From Nymphaea colorata (taxonomy: Eukaryota), in assembly GCF_008831285.2 (NCBI RefSeq), contig NC_045138.2, forward strand, positions 12,958,001-13,022,000: a stretch of 64,000 nt of DNA. Direction: 5' to 3'. Under the pieces are notes generated by a model. That model did no database searches, was not told the origin of the DNA, and saw nothing but the letters and a program-made list of their open reading frames with translations. The translations under genes were made by a program, and so were the position numbers. Shown here one piece after another: positions 11,401-23,553 of the stretch; the first letter of the stretch is position 1, and the number at the start of each line of letters is the position of its first letter.

Positions 11401-14400
11401 AGGCAGGTGAAATTCAGAAGTATTCCACCAACTTTCTCCCACTTTTTGGATTCATTCAATTCCACAATTACTCAATTTTGACCAAGGCATTTCAAATCTT
11501 TGAGGTGTTTTGTTTTAGCAAACTCAATTCAAAAACCTACTGAAACTTGCAAATATTTGGCAGCCTTTCCAAGAAATGCTGGGGAATAAAAGTCTTTCGA
11601 TTTTTTAGGTTTTTATTTTAAATTTTAAAGACACAATTCAAGAGCTTATGGACTTGTTGCAACTATGTGGGAAACTCATTTAGAAAGCTTGGAAGATAAG
11701 ATTGCTGACAGAATATTTAGTAGCAGTAACATTACCGACAGAACAGAGAGAATTAATTACCTCTTTCAGATTGACCCATTCCCATGTCTCCCGCTTTGTG
11801 TTAATATCGTAAACAAGTGCATGCCGACCCTAACAACCGTAACGGATCAGTTTTATCAGAAACCAGATGCATTAGAGCAGATTATTTCAATGTCGTCCAG
11901 TTATGGCGACAAACCTCTTTAGGGTTATAATCAGTTACGACAGCCTCGTAAAAGTTGTTATCCTCAGGCCACCTTGTCATCACTTTCCGGCCAATCAGAG
12001 GATCAAGAGAAGCAGCTTCAGCAGGTCCATTAGCAACAACAGTACCAGATGAACCATGGTTTGCCACTTGACTCCGTCCAGCTGGAACCCCAGAAGAGTA
12101 TAATCCTGACTTCGTCGAGTTTACACCAACCACATGCCCCTGCCATAAAAATGAATAAAAGAAGATAAGTGTCACATTTAAAAAAATCTTTTACTGGCAC
12201 TTTTGGTCAAAACTCTTACGGATTTAGGCTTCTTGCCGCCAGCTCCTACTGCAGCTCCACGCTTTGCTGCAGATGAGGACGGCTGTATAGATGGAGCAGT
12301 TGCTCGAGGATGCATCGCAGGTGGTGCTCCTAAAGAGAGAGAAGCCATAGAATGAGAGGTCTTCTGTTTCTTCCGAGAAGCAGATACTGTGGGACTAGGA
12401 CCAGGTTCATGACCAGGCTGTGAAGCACTATGCATGCTATGTTGGATTCCGCCTGCTTGCCTCCACTCCCTGATGTCATTTTCCCAGTTATTGGTTGAGG
12501 TCACAGAAACAAATGATTTAGCATAAAGCAGTGTTTTAAAACATGCCAAGTCAGCTCATCGGTTCGGTTAACTCGGCTTGGCTTGGTATGCAACCAGGTT
12601 AACCCAGTAGAGTCACTCGTGTGTGCATAAAACTCGGTGTGCTGTGGCGAGGACTCCTTTGACTCGGCTGAGTCATGAGTCACTCAAGTGCATCCCACCT
12701 TCCTAAGTTTGGTGGATCCCACCTTCCTAAGTTTGGTGGGTTTATTTAATAACATGGTTGTTGGAAAAAAAAAAGAAAAAAAAAACTAAGTAGCACGGTT
12801 GTAAACTTTAAAAAACATTAAAAATCCTTAAATTTCCAACAATTTCTCTGGCTGTTTCCAATATTCCTCCCCCCTCTCCGACTCTTATATTCCTCTTTCT
12901 GTCCTTTCTTGCGCTTCTCTCTCTCTTATCACAGCTTTTCTCTCTCTCATATTTCAGTCGTTCTTCTCTCTTTCTCTCTTTTTTCGAGCTTCTCTCTCTC
13001 ATATTTCAGGTGTCCCTTTTGCTCTCTCTCTCTCTCTCTCTCTCTATCTATATATATATATATATAGGGTCTCTCATTCATATTTATGATGCCTCTCTCT
13101 TTCCATTTTTGCATCCCACCCCTTCACTCTCATGTGAGTTTACAAAGTAACAAAAATAAGTAACAGAAATGGAATATTGTTTAGATAATTAGCTATATGT
13201 GGGTTTTCTTAAAAGAAATTTGATAGAACTAGGTTAAGTCACCGAGTTGACCCACCAAGTCATGAGTCATAATGGACAAGACAATTCCAACAGAAATATC
13301 ATACAAAATACAAGGATATCAAAATATAAACTGCTGCGCAGAACCTTTTTTGTAATAAAAGTCAGTTATACTGACCTCAAAACAAGTTTATCCAAGACAG
13401 ACTCTTTGCACTCATTTTGTAATACTTGGATAGCTTTTTGAACTTAAGTGAACAAACCAGTAAGCCAAAGATTATTTGGCCATAGCAAGTGCAATTGAAA
13501 AGTTCCAAACACTACTCCTATTCATAAGAAGAACACATGATAAAGAGATACCTTATCCTTCGGATTGTATCATCTGCATTAACACGCCCAAGAAGTTCTC
13601 TATGTTCATCATCAGATACTCTTAACTCTTTACGTAAACCTGTCATTAGCTCCTCCTTTTCCTAAGGTACATTATAATTCGTGTAAACAAACAAAATATA
13701 TGTCCTTGAATGCCAAGAATAAAGTCAGCAAATTACCCAAGTGACAACATCAGCCTGGGCCTTAAAAGCCCTTAAAACTGAACTATAAGCTTCTTGTTCT
13801 AGCCAATGGATCTCACTCTCCATGTCATTTTGTACTCTATTGTAAGGTAAATTGCCCATGATAGCAGCTCTACCATTTGGTCCATTTCCAGATGCACGTG
13901 GCCCTCTAGTTAATCTGTTCTGGTGAGAAGGAGGAAGGTCATCATCTGTACCTGTTTATCAATTTAAGAAACATGAGCCCAACTAATTTAAAGCAATGCC
14001 TAGAAGAGATCAACAACAAAACTCGTATATGAACTTTCGTATATGAACTTGGTTTGGAGTTCCATACTAATGGCTGCAAAGGGGACATCTATAGACAGAC
14101 AAAAAATGCCACCCAAAAGAAAAACATGTCTTTCATGTCTGGGTTACTTCACAAGAAGAACTTGCTCAATAGATCCTCAAAACTTTGTTTACTTTGAAAA
14201 AGCCCTGGCATTCTTACAGGGCTATCTGCTTCAAAATCGATGGACCACAGAAAGAACGAACAGGTAAAGTCTTACTGTCAGAAGATACAGAGTACCCAAC
14301 CATTAACGATATTTGGTTTCTTTTTACTCGACCATGTGGTTTGGCTTTTTTTCTCTGTGTAACAAAGAAAAGAATGGGAAGAGGAGATGTGAATCATGTG

Positions 14401-14613
14401 ACTCACCTCATCTTGGATAAAGAATAAAGTGACTTTGATGGGTTAGGCATACCAAAATATTCCACGTAGAAGTAAAACATATGCAGCTTTTTGAGAGGCG
14501 AGAGCAGAGTACATGGCCATTCAAAAGTCAAACAGCCACTCATCCTTTGCTCCCAAAGTCATAGGACTAAAAGTTAAAAGTTTGGCTATCAATTGAGATT
14601 GCAGAAATGAATT

Positions 14614-14658
<45 letters not shown>

Positions 14659-17600
14659 GCGCACACATATATATTTAGGGACACACACCTAACAAAATTG
14701 TGTCTACAACAAGACCTGCCACACATAGACCAAAGTGGAAAAAATTTCATGAATTTGTAGTGTTACAGTGCAGGTATACTAAATGAAAGGACCTGCAAGA
14801 ATTCGAGAGTTACTAAATCGAAATGGTAAATAGAAAGAAAAAAGAGGGATGAAGATTGGGCTAATGAAGTACTTTTAAGAAGTTGGGAAAAGAAACTTCA
14901 AATTTCCTCTCACTCTCTAGGGGAATCAACATAAGGCATCAAAAGTTTGTGAAGATCATTCCCAGCACAAAAAGCAACAGTCAAGGTCAATGTGGTTAGT
15001 CCTTTTACAGATATCTAGGTCTTGAGAGTAGTAATGGTTACTCCAAAATTCAGGTATTTTAGTGACCTCACATTCAACTCCATCCACATTACACACGCAC
15101 TGAAAAACCAAAAGCCCTTACAGAACTCAAACCAGAACTTACCTTCAAAGTTCAAACTAGCCACACCACCCCTAGATACCTAATCTTTGAGCTACAAGCA
15201 GATTATGCTTGATCGAACCTCCAGCGGAGATCCAACACCTCATTTTGGATGTCCACGAGTTTTGTGTTAACATACACATTTCAAATACAGATTCAACTTT
15301 TGCTTCCATATCATTTCAATACAGATTTGGACATGACTTAGAGCACGCATAAACACCATCATATCTAATCTATGCCAAACCTACATATAAGCCTAATTAC
15401 ACTATATAACATAATAAGGACAAAGACAAAATCATCTTATTTTTCGTCATGATAAACTTTAAGAACAAGTAACAGGAGAATAGAGAAACTAGACAAGGTG
15501 CTCAAAGATTCAGCGCCCTTTTCTGTTCTGTTGTGGCAGAAGATACTAATACAAGTTATACAACAATCACCATGCTGATTTGATCAATGTGAAGACTGAC
15601 ATATTCATTGCGATAGATCCAAAGAAACCTACACGACATATGTTGTCAATAGGAAGAAGAAGGATGAAGCTGATGCATATTTTAGCTACATTACCATTAG
15701 TTCCAAAGAATCAAGATGATATAAAGAAGGAAGACATAGCTGTAAGAGAAACTTCAGAGGACTGGGACTAGGCAATCACCAGCTAAACGAGAATAACAAC
15801 TTCTATTCAATTCATGCTGCCTATCTAAGTATTCAATTCTATGATTCAATGATATGTGTTAACCTAAACTTGGTTCCTCTTCCAGCATCAAGTTCTTGCA
15901 GGAATTGCGGATACACGCCCATAATATCTTTTTTTGCTTGGGTAAGTTTCATGACTAAAAGAGTGATAAATCCATGGATCTGATCTGGCACATGTTTGCT
16001 AATGTGGCAAAGCCGCAAAAGATCTATAGTACAATCCCTGGTTGATCAAACTAAAAATCTTCAGTCAGACCTAACATCCACAATAGAAACTAGAAACCTC
16101 ACTTTACTTTCTTGCAGTACAACAACGTCTAATCCATGGATCTCAAATCCTGATAATAATATGGCAGAGTAGATCAAGGGCAATCAAAGCCCCTAAGGGT
16201 TTCTTATACTATTATGGCAGCCCATGCACCTCAAACAGCATTCTAAATCGTTGACTCAGCTCGGCTCGTTTCCGTACTGGATCAACTCAATAAGGTGACT
16301 CATTGTGCATAAAACTTGGTGTGGCTCAACAAGGACCCATTTGACTCAGCTTAGTCACGAACAAACAAGTGCATCCCACCTCACTCTCCTTGATGTTTCT
16401 CTTTCCCTCTCTTTTTGGGGTTTCCCTCTCATAATTACACCTTCTCTCTCTCGTATTTCAGTTGTTTCTCTCCCTCTAGAAATGGACTAGTGTTTAGATA
16501 AGTAGTTATATGTGGGTTTCTTAAAAAAAAAAGGTTGAAAAAACACAGCAGATTCACAAGTCGTGAATGGATGAGTTGAGTCTCGAGTCACTGGGTTTTT
16601 AGACATAGACATCAAGAGAAACTAGATGAACACAGGAACAGAACTGACCAGACAAACAAAAGTGTATTGTGAAGACCACCCTGAGAAAATGACTTGAAGG
16701 GTTGCATAGCAGCAAGAAGAAGAAAATCATTTAGCAGATAGTCCTCGTATGTTATTTTATGTAGTTATTTTACATAAACTAAGTATCTTCAAAAGACCAT
16801 CCTCTTCAGAATGTGTTAAAAAGATTGCAAAACAGTAAGAAGCAGAGACAGTTTTAGCACCTGGTTCTTCCATATTATTATTTTATGATTTTATTTTGTA
16901 CAGCTTCTATAGCGTACTTTCCTAACCTTAAAGAGGGAAAACCACCAACTACTATCATCCAAAATGTGCTCAGCAGTCAATTAAATGGGCATAGGCACCC
17001 CATGAAATTCATTTGTGTAAAGTGAAAATCGAACCTAAGAAATGGCATATCCAGTATCCACAATAACACTTCTCAACTACCAGCAAAATGTACAGAAACA
17101 TAAACCTATCCATACGAAACCGTGAACAAGAAATCCCCATCAGAATGTCTCCACTAACTAAGCATAGCACACTGAAGATGGTAACCGCCGTTTCCTTGAA
17201 ATATTCCACGGAATTCGCATCACTTCTTCCGAACTGATATACTCTGTCTGTGGCTCAAATCACCAGGAGCCCATTTTTGCCCAATGAAAAAAGGACAGAC
17301 AATGTACGAAACTGACAAATCAGACGCTAAGCCATAATCTCATCGCTGACGCGGACTATTGTCATCCATATTGTCTCCTCGAAACCCACCAGAACAAGGA
17401 AAGGGAACAGCTAATTCAGCTCAATCCCCAGAACCACCCTTGATCACATATCAAATCTTTTAAAAAACCTACTTTTCCTAAATGGAAGCCAGCTAGAAAC
17501 GCAGCACCAGCCACCCAAAATGAGAACTTAGACGAAAGGTCCAAACTAAACAATGCATAGAATTCGCATTCCTGAGCTGCTTCCAAGAAGCCAGACATTC

Positions 17601-17713
17601 GGAGACAATCAACAACTATGAACCGGAGAAGACGGAACGAAATCAAGCAACAAGAGAGAACCAGGAATCAATGGCGAGCACTCACCGCTACTATCCGAGG
17701 GGCCATAATCCAT
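8491..17713 (-). CDS. EML: Protein EMSY-LIKE (ENT domain + plant Agenet/Tudor domain), 10 coding exons, ~492 aa
   Basis: Exons (minus strand, all GT-AG, phases consistent): 17713-17686, 13951-13737, 13661-13552, 12469-12220, 12139-11915, 11829-11761, 10665-10426, 10355-10287, 10210-10138, 8690-8491; total 1479 nt. Translation: [88 protein letters not shown] (ENT) ..[60 protein letters not shown] (Agenet/Tudor). Confidence 0.96.
8790..9135. mobile_element. Possible degenerate MITE in the last EML intron
   Basis: Clusters of GGGTAC/GTACCC/ATACC motifs at both ends around an AT-rich core, ending ...TAACTTAG. No clean TIR/TSD pair identified. Confidence 0.3.
12529..13270. mobile_element. MITE-like non-autonomous element (hAT-like), copy 1, in EML intron 3
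   Basis: Starts CAGTGTTTTAAAAC and carries clustered GACTCG/CGAGTC subterminal motifs. It shares several blocks with 16237-16598, e.g. gtgcataaaact[c/t]ggtgtg, caagtgcatcccacct and aaatgga..tgtttagataa.tag.tatatgtgggttt. Confidence 0.65.
16237..16598. mobile_element. MITE-like element, copy 2 (same family), in EML intron 1
   Basis: Homologous blocks occur in the same order and orientation as in 12529-13270. It ends GGTTTTTAGACATAG, an imperfect inverse of the left end. Confidence 0.6.
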
Positions 17714-17749
17714 CGTTTTTCGCTTTCACCTAGCGCCTTTGTCGCATGA

Positions 17750-18036
17750 AAACCCTAGAGAGCAACGCAGAGGCCTCGGGACAAGCCTCTCGCAGATCAA
17801 ACGCGCGTCGTGACGGCATTCGCCTTCTGAATCGTGGGATTCTACGGCACGAGCGAAAGAAACATATAATATCGACGCGGGGAGAGCAGAGGGACGTGGA
17901 AGGAAGGGATCGCAGACGCGCTTTGGGCGGTCGAATTGAAACGAACAGAATTATCGACAGAGACAGAGAAAGGAAAAAGAGAACGAGAGAGAAGGGGGCG
18001 CGAAAGAGAACGGACTCGAAAGCCCTTCTTATAAAG
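17750..18036 (-). promoter_or_regulatory. Putative EML core promoter/5'UTR (TATA-like box near 18027-18035, CT-rich leader, telo-box at 17750-17757)
   Basis: Minus strand CTTTATAAGAAG lies ~320 nt upstream of the ATG and is followed by a pyrimidine-rich leader. AAACCCTA on the plus strand at 17750. Confidence 0.4.
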
Positions 18037-18221
18037 CCCCGAAGGTGTGACCGGTGAGTAAAGGCAGGGAGCGGCGCAAAAAGACAAACTGGACCTGCTC
18101 TGTTTCGGTCCGGTTGACGTAGGGACACGGTCGGCCGGGTTTGCAAGGCTGCGCATCGGGTCGGTTCGGTTTGATTTTGACCTGATTAACATTAAAAAAT
18201 ATATAAATAATAAATTAACAC

Positions 18222-18290
18222 CAAATATAAATTAATAAATTTTAATATCAAATATAAATTAATAAATTTTAATATCAAATATAAATTAAC
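18222..18290. repeat. 27-bp AT-rich tandem repeat (~2.5 copies)
   Basis: Unit caaatataaattaataaattttaatat. Confidence 0.85.
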
Positions 18291-19899
18291 CGAATCTGCT
18301 TGAGTTGCCTGACAACTCATCGGGTTTATATATCCCTTCTTGGTTGTTTGTTTTTTTTTTTTTTTTTTTTTTTCGCCTTACAAGCTGTTGATCTTTCTTA
18401 CGCCTAGCAGATCTTATTCATTTCTGCTATTGCTGCAAAAAATGGGTTGCTAGGATTGCTCACTCACTATAACGGTTCCACCTACTATTTCCTAAGAAGA
18501 CATTAGCAAAGAGGAGCAAAACGTCAATCGAACTTTTACTGATGCAGCGAAATATGTTGATGACAGTCATGTTGTTGACACTTCATTGACAAAGCCCCCT
18601 TACTGACGCAGCAAAAAGCATAAAAAATACACCAGAAAAATGTCACAAAAGCCAAGTCTGACGATAGTATAAAAGCAACAATGACACATAAGATGCGACA
18701 ATAGACGCAATCAATAGTGACAACTGACAAGCATGTTGCATCAACGTATAGAACAGTGAGACTTTTTTTTTTTTTATGAAGAGAAGGCTTCATCAACTTT
18801 CAATCACGGGATGGTACTGCATGAGAGAAGCTATGGTAGTCCAGATGGGTTTTGGCACCGCTGATGGTTCTCAATTATACAATGTTAGCAGGATTGAAAA
18901 TTCATGATCTTGAGTTGTTGTGACATTGAAGATATAGATTCTTTTGTCCAATGAATTTTTGTGCCACTTATGACTTTGTACCCATTTTTCATGTATAAAG
19001 TGATATATACACCCCAAATTTTGGTCTCCCATGATTTTTTATCTGTTTTTCATAGGTAAAGTGACATATACACCCCAATTTATGGGTCCGATGTAACAAT
19101 AACTAGAACAACTTGTCTTGTATTGTAATGAGTTCTTTACATTATAAATATAACTATATACATCTCAATTTTTGGATGAGGCTAGCTCTTGAAATGAATA
19201 TCAATAGAATTGCAACCCTACGTCTATGGATGAAGGACCAGCATGTCTTTAATAGTAAACCTCCCTTCACTTCTATACGTCTACCCAAGCTACAATGCCT
19301 TGAAAAACTTGTCTAAGGCAGTCCAACACATGGGTCGAGCTAGAAAATTTTGGCTAAGGAGCAGTAGCTATAAAATTTAAAATTTTTAAGGGGCACCAAC
19401 ATGTGAATGAGAAAAATTACTCAAAAGTATCACTATAAAAATAATAAGTTTTTTGGATTCTGTGTGGGCAATTGCTCACACATAGCCCACACCTGCCTTT
19501 AACCCTACTCCAACCTGATCACCACTGACAAAGGAGAATAATGTTGTTCTTATCTAACACACTACAACTACATTGAATTATGGCATATACATAGACTACA
19601 TCTTCCCTCAAAACTTAGAGTAGTCTAAGATAACAAGACTTGAAGGCAAAGATAGGATGATCAAATCTTGCATGCAAGCATCCTACAATAGCTTACACAA
19701 ATAAATAGTACCATATGAAAGAAAGAAAGTTGTAGAGCGAAGTATGGAAGAGATGCACAATTTAGGCAAAGTAAAATTCCAGCTAAGTTGACTACAAATT
19801 GTAAAAGCATAATCACTCCAAAAAGGTCAAAATGAATAGAAACATGACTAAGTCGATGGTTGGGACTTATAAGCCCAACCAGAATATGCTAATCTCTAC

Positions 19900-20479
19900 A
19901 AGATGTACCGTGATATTCAAAGAGAGTTTGCTGGCATCAAAGGGGCTTGTTCTCACCATGGGCGGAAGTGTACATGGATGAAAAAATGAGTACTTTGAAA
20001 AAGAGCCAAACATGGGAGCTCGTCCCACTCAAACCCTACAAGAACATGCGGCATCTAAATGGGTTTTTAAAACGAAGTTAAAATCTGATGGGTCCGGATA
20101 AATTAGAGGCTCATCTTGTGGCGAGAGGGTTCAGTCAAAAGGAGGGGAATGATGTTGTTCCAAATTGACAAGTAGGAGTTAAGACAACTAGATGTTAAAA
20201 ATGTGTTTTTGCATGGCTCCATAACTGAAGGTGTTTTCACATGGCAGCCTCCAAGATATGATGATGAGTTCAAACTAGACCATGTTTGTAAATTAAAACA
20301 TAATTTTTAGGGTCTCAAACATGCTTCTATAGTCTAGTTTTCCATACTAAGTGGATTTTTGCTCAATTATGGCTTTCAATCTGGAAATGCTGATCATTCT
20401 ATGTTCATCCATTGTAGAGCCTCTAATATTATTATTTTGCTTGTATATGTGGGTGACATATACATGTGGAGACTCTACT
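19900..20479 (+). pseudogene. Highly degenerate Ty1/copia reverse transcriptase relic
   Basis: Broken motifs MDEKMSTLKKSQTWELVP, KWVFKTKLKSDGS, LVARGFSQKEG, QLDVKNVFLHG, VCKLKHNF*GLKHA and LLVYVGDI (YVDD-like), with frameshifts and deletions. Confidence 0.85.
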
Positions 20480-23400
20480 TGTCACACCCTGACCATCTAA
20501 CCCTCAAACCTTTTTTTTTTCTAAACATAAAGCATCGAGGTGTGACTACCCAACAATTCAAAAAGACGATGAGCCAAGCAATTCTAAACAATGGGGCAAA
20601 CTTTCATTTATATAACCATTTTGTTTCATACAAATTCACATCTATGTGCATGACCAAAATGCCCCAAAATCATAACATTGATGCCTAACAAAAAGAAGAC
20701 ATCAATAAAACCAAAACATGACGCGCCGGCACTACAAACGACAATCCCAAAACCTCCCCAGTAGGACGTGAGTGAAGCCATCTGCTCAACCTGTTGCCTC
20801 GGGTCCGCCAAAACCTGAAAAAGAAAACAACTGAAGGCTCAGCCTTCGCAATATGACAACAAGCCAGGAAAATGCCAAACCCTCTCAAGTAAGGCTCAAA
20901 TAAAAGAACAAATATCAACCCATCTATCGTCATGTCGTGTCAGAGTACGACACGTAAAAGCCACTTGATGGCCACACTAACACAACATCAGTCACATGCG
21001 AAACATGCTTAAACATAACACTTGCATTCATATCAATCACATATACGTCAGTCACATGCATTCTATCAAACACATTACATTTTCATTAACTTTAGTGCAT
21101 TAACAGTTCCTGTGGGTGCAACACAGACACGTGCACACCGGGGCGGCCTACAGCCGAGAGACAGCCCCCGTGGTGGCCCATAACAGTATGGATCCATTTC
21201 ACCCGCTGCAGCGGTAGAGCACTCATCCCTGGATGTGTGAAGTCCAAGGTGAGATACTCAGCCTTCCCTACGACACCCAGGTTGGGAAGGCGGAAGCCCA
21301 ACGCTCCAAGCACAACACACAACAGAACCCTGGGGCCTTGCACCGCCTGCGCTCTGACATGCGAGACCAGTGGCGAGAACGGGACGTCTCCCAAACACAC
21401 AACCACATCCCACCGGCCTCTCATCTCTTATCCTTTCATTTTTTTTTATCATTATCATTACTCATTCACAAGATGACTGGCTAGCACATGAGGTTAATAC
21501 ACCCTACGAGTGCACTTACACCTCCCAATGCCTCCACACGAGGTCTATACATACAGTAACAGTCATTGCTAGCCGTCATACAGTACGGGTACAACTACCC
21601 TCTATTTCATCCATTTGCATCGTTGCCCATGGCAATGCATATGCAACAACGTACACATTCATATCAATCATCACATCAATCCTCACATCAATCACGTCAA
21701 TCACCTCTTTGAAAAACTTAGTCAATCCACATAGAGTAGTCTCGATCTGCGGTTGGCTCGTAGCTGTCCTATGCAGTTATCATTCTATGATGCTTTCTAA
21801 TGCACAATTGGGGTCGAGGAGACACTCGACTCGATACCCCGCCTCATCTGTCCTAAACAGATATCAATTCTACCATGCACATGCCAATGCGTAATATTTT
21901 CAAAACAAATGACTAATAGCCTTTCTAACCCATTCATATCATATAAGCAACATACATATACTCATTCACAAAGCAGTCAATCAATTAACATCACAATCCT
22001 AGGATCCCTTGCCTAGGAGCACACAATCACACATTTGCCCCAGGCAGGGATTTGCCTGGAATGTCGTCATACCTGTGGCGCGCTCACAAAACTCTTCAAA
22101 ACTCCTGGAGCTTCGAACTCAAGGTCGACGGGACGTGCCCGGGGTACCTGCAAACATAAACAAATGATAAGATTCCTACTAGATACCTAAACAATTCAAA
22201 CAAATACAAAACAAAATCCTTGAGGCACGTGTCATCGCCTCAAGAGGGTATCGACGGGTAGTGTCGACATACAAGCCCTCTAATAGGCCACTTCCCAACT
22301 TCTAGCCGTGCCAACAAAAGTCAAAACTCAAAGCCATCAATCCGTCTATCACAAACGCCTTTCTCCAAACTTTCTTTTTCTTAATCAAGGCGTCAACCCC
22401 AAACGCACAACCAACTTACGTACGCTTTCCTTGTTTAACTCCAAGACGCACCCGTTCACCAGAACGTGTGCTACACGCTCACCAAAACCATCCTAAATCT
22501 TCCCCACAGCCATACAAATGCTACCATGCTTCCCTATTACTTCAAAAATCAACTCATCATGCTTAAAAGATCAACAAACACATGAATCATCGCTTCTCCA
22601 TCATAAACCCACATTTTCCCCAAAAGCAAAATCGCTTGCATGCTTCCCTAACTATCAATTCTACCTTCTAGCATGCTCAAACAATAATTATATGCGTTTC
22701 AAAGAAAAATATATCGTAAAATAGGTTCAATTTCGCCTTGCTCACCCCAATTTGAAAGTCTAAACTGTTGTAATCCTCTCGGCAGCCACCTCACGAGTCT
22801 AAGTGGTCCCCAAACGGCTAAAATCCTTCAATGCCGCCATCACCAAGGCCTTCTCTAAACGCTGTTACGAGGGGGAGGACAAATCCCCAAGCTGAAATCG
22901 GATCAAACAGTGATAGAATAGTGAAAATCAGTGAGAGAGAGTGCTCGATTGGAGAAAATAGAAAAACAAGCAGAAAATGGGGAGAGAACGTGAAGCGTAG
23001 ACAGAGAGGGAGGTCGAGTAGAGGGAGAGAGAGAGAAAAACAGAGGGGGACTGATAGGGGAGAGGGTTCGGTCAAAGGGGAAAAAGGCCAGCAGTGAGGT
23101 GACCGTGAATGAGAAAGGGGAAGGAGACGAGAGAAAGAGTGAGCGTGGGTAGAGAGAGATGTGAGGGAGAGCAGACGAAAGGGGAAAAAGAGGAAACGGG
23201 GAAGGCAGCAGAAATAACGAGAGAGGGAGAAGATAGGGCAGCAGAGGAGAGCTTACCCACGCTGCCGCTGTCGCCACCTCCACTGCTGCCGTCTCCACCT
23301 CCGCCGCTGCCGGTCGAGCCACCGCCTGCACCATCTCCGTCTTCTTCTTCTCTGCACTGGCCGTGAGTACCCAGGAGATAGACGAGAGAAAAGAGGGAAA

Positions 23401-23505
23401 GGCGAGGGAGAAGAGCCCTCGCGTCGGGCTCTTTCACGCCAAGGGTTTGGGTCCGGGTCTGGGTTCCGATCTGACCCGACCTGCCCAAAAACAACGAGCG
23501 TTACA
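20480..23505 (-). repeat. 3' LTR of the gypsy element (3026 bp)
   Basis: The minus strand begins TGTAAC (23505) after PPT GGAGGGTAGGA (23506-23516) and ends GGGTGTGACA (20480). 20480-~22403 aligns to 28400-30288. Confidence 0.92.
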
Positions 23506-23553
23506 TCCTACCCTCCATAAAAAAAATTTCGTCCTTGAAATGTAAATCATACC

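Noticed and set aside
17107..17378. Possible C/D-box snoRNA (GGATGA...CTGA) or poison cassette exon in EML intron 1
   Set aside because: The C box is imperfect, there is no convincing terminal stem or long rRNA-complementary guide, and the acceptor would be a weak GAG. Unsupported without Rfam or RNA-seq.
17730..18192. Overlapping 103-138 aa ORFs upstream of EML
   Set aside because: Low-complexity translations of a GC/CT-rich promoter and 5'UTR with no domain motifs.
20626..23545. Many ORFs inside the gypsy LTR
   Set aside because: Frames are not preserved between the two LTR copies and the products are compositionally biased.
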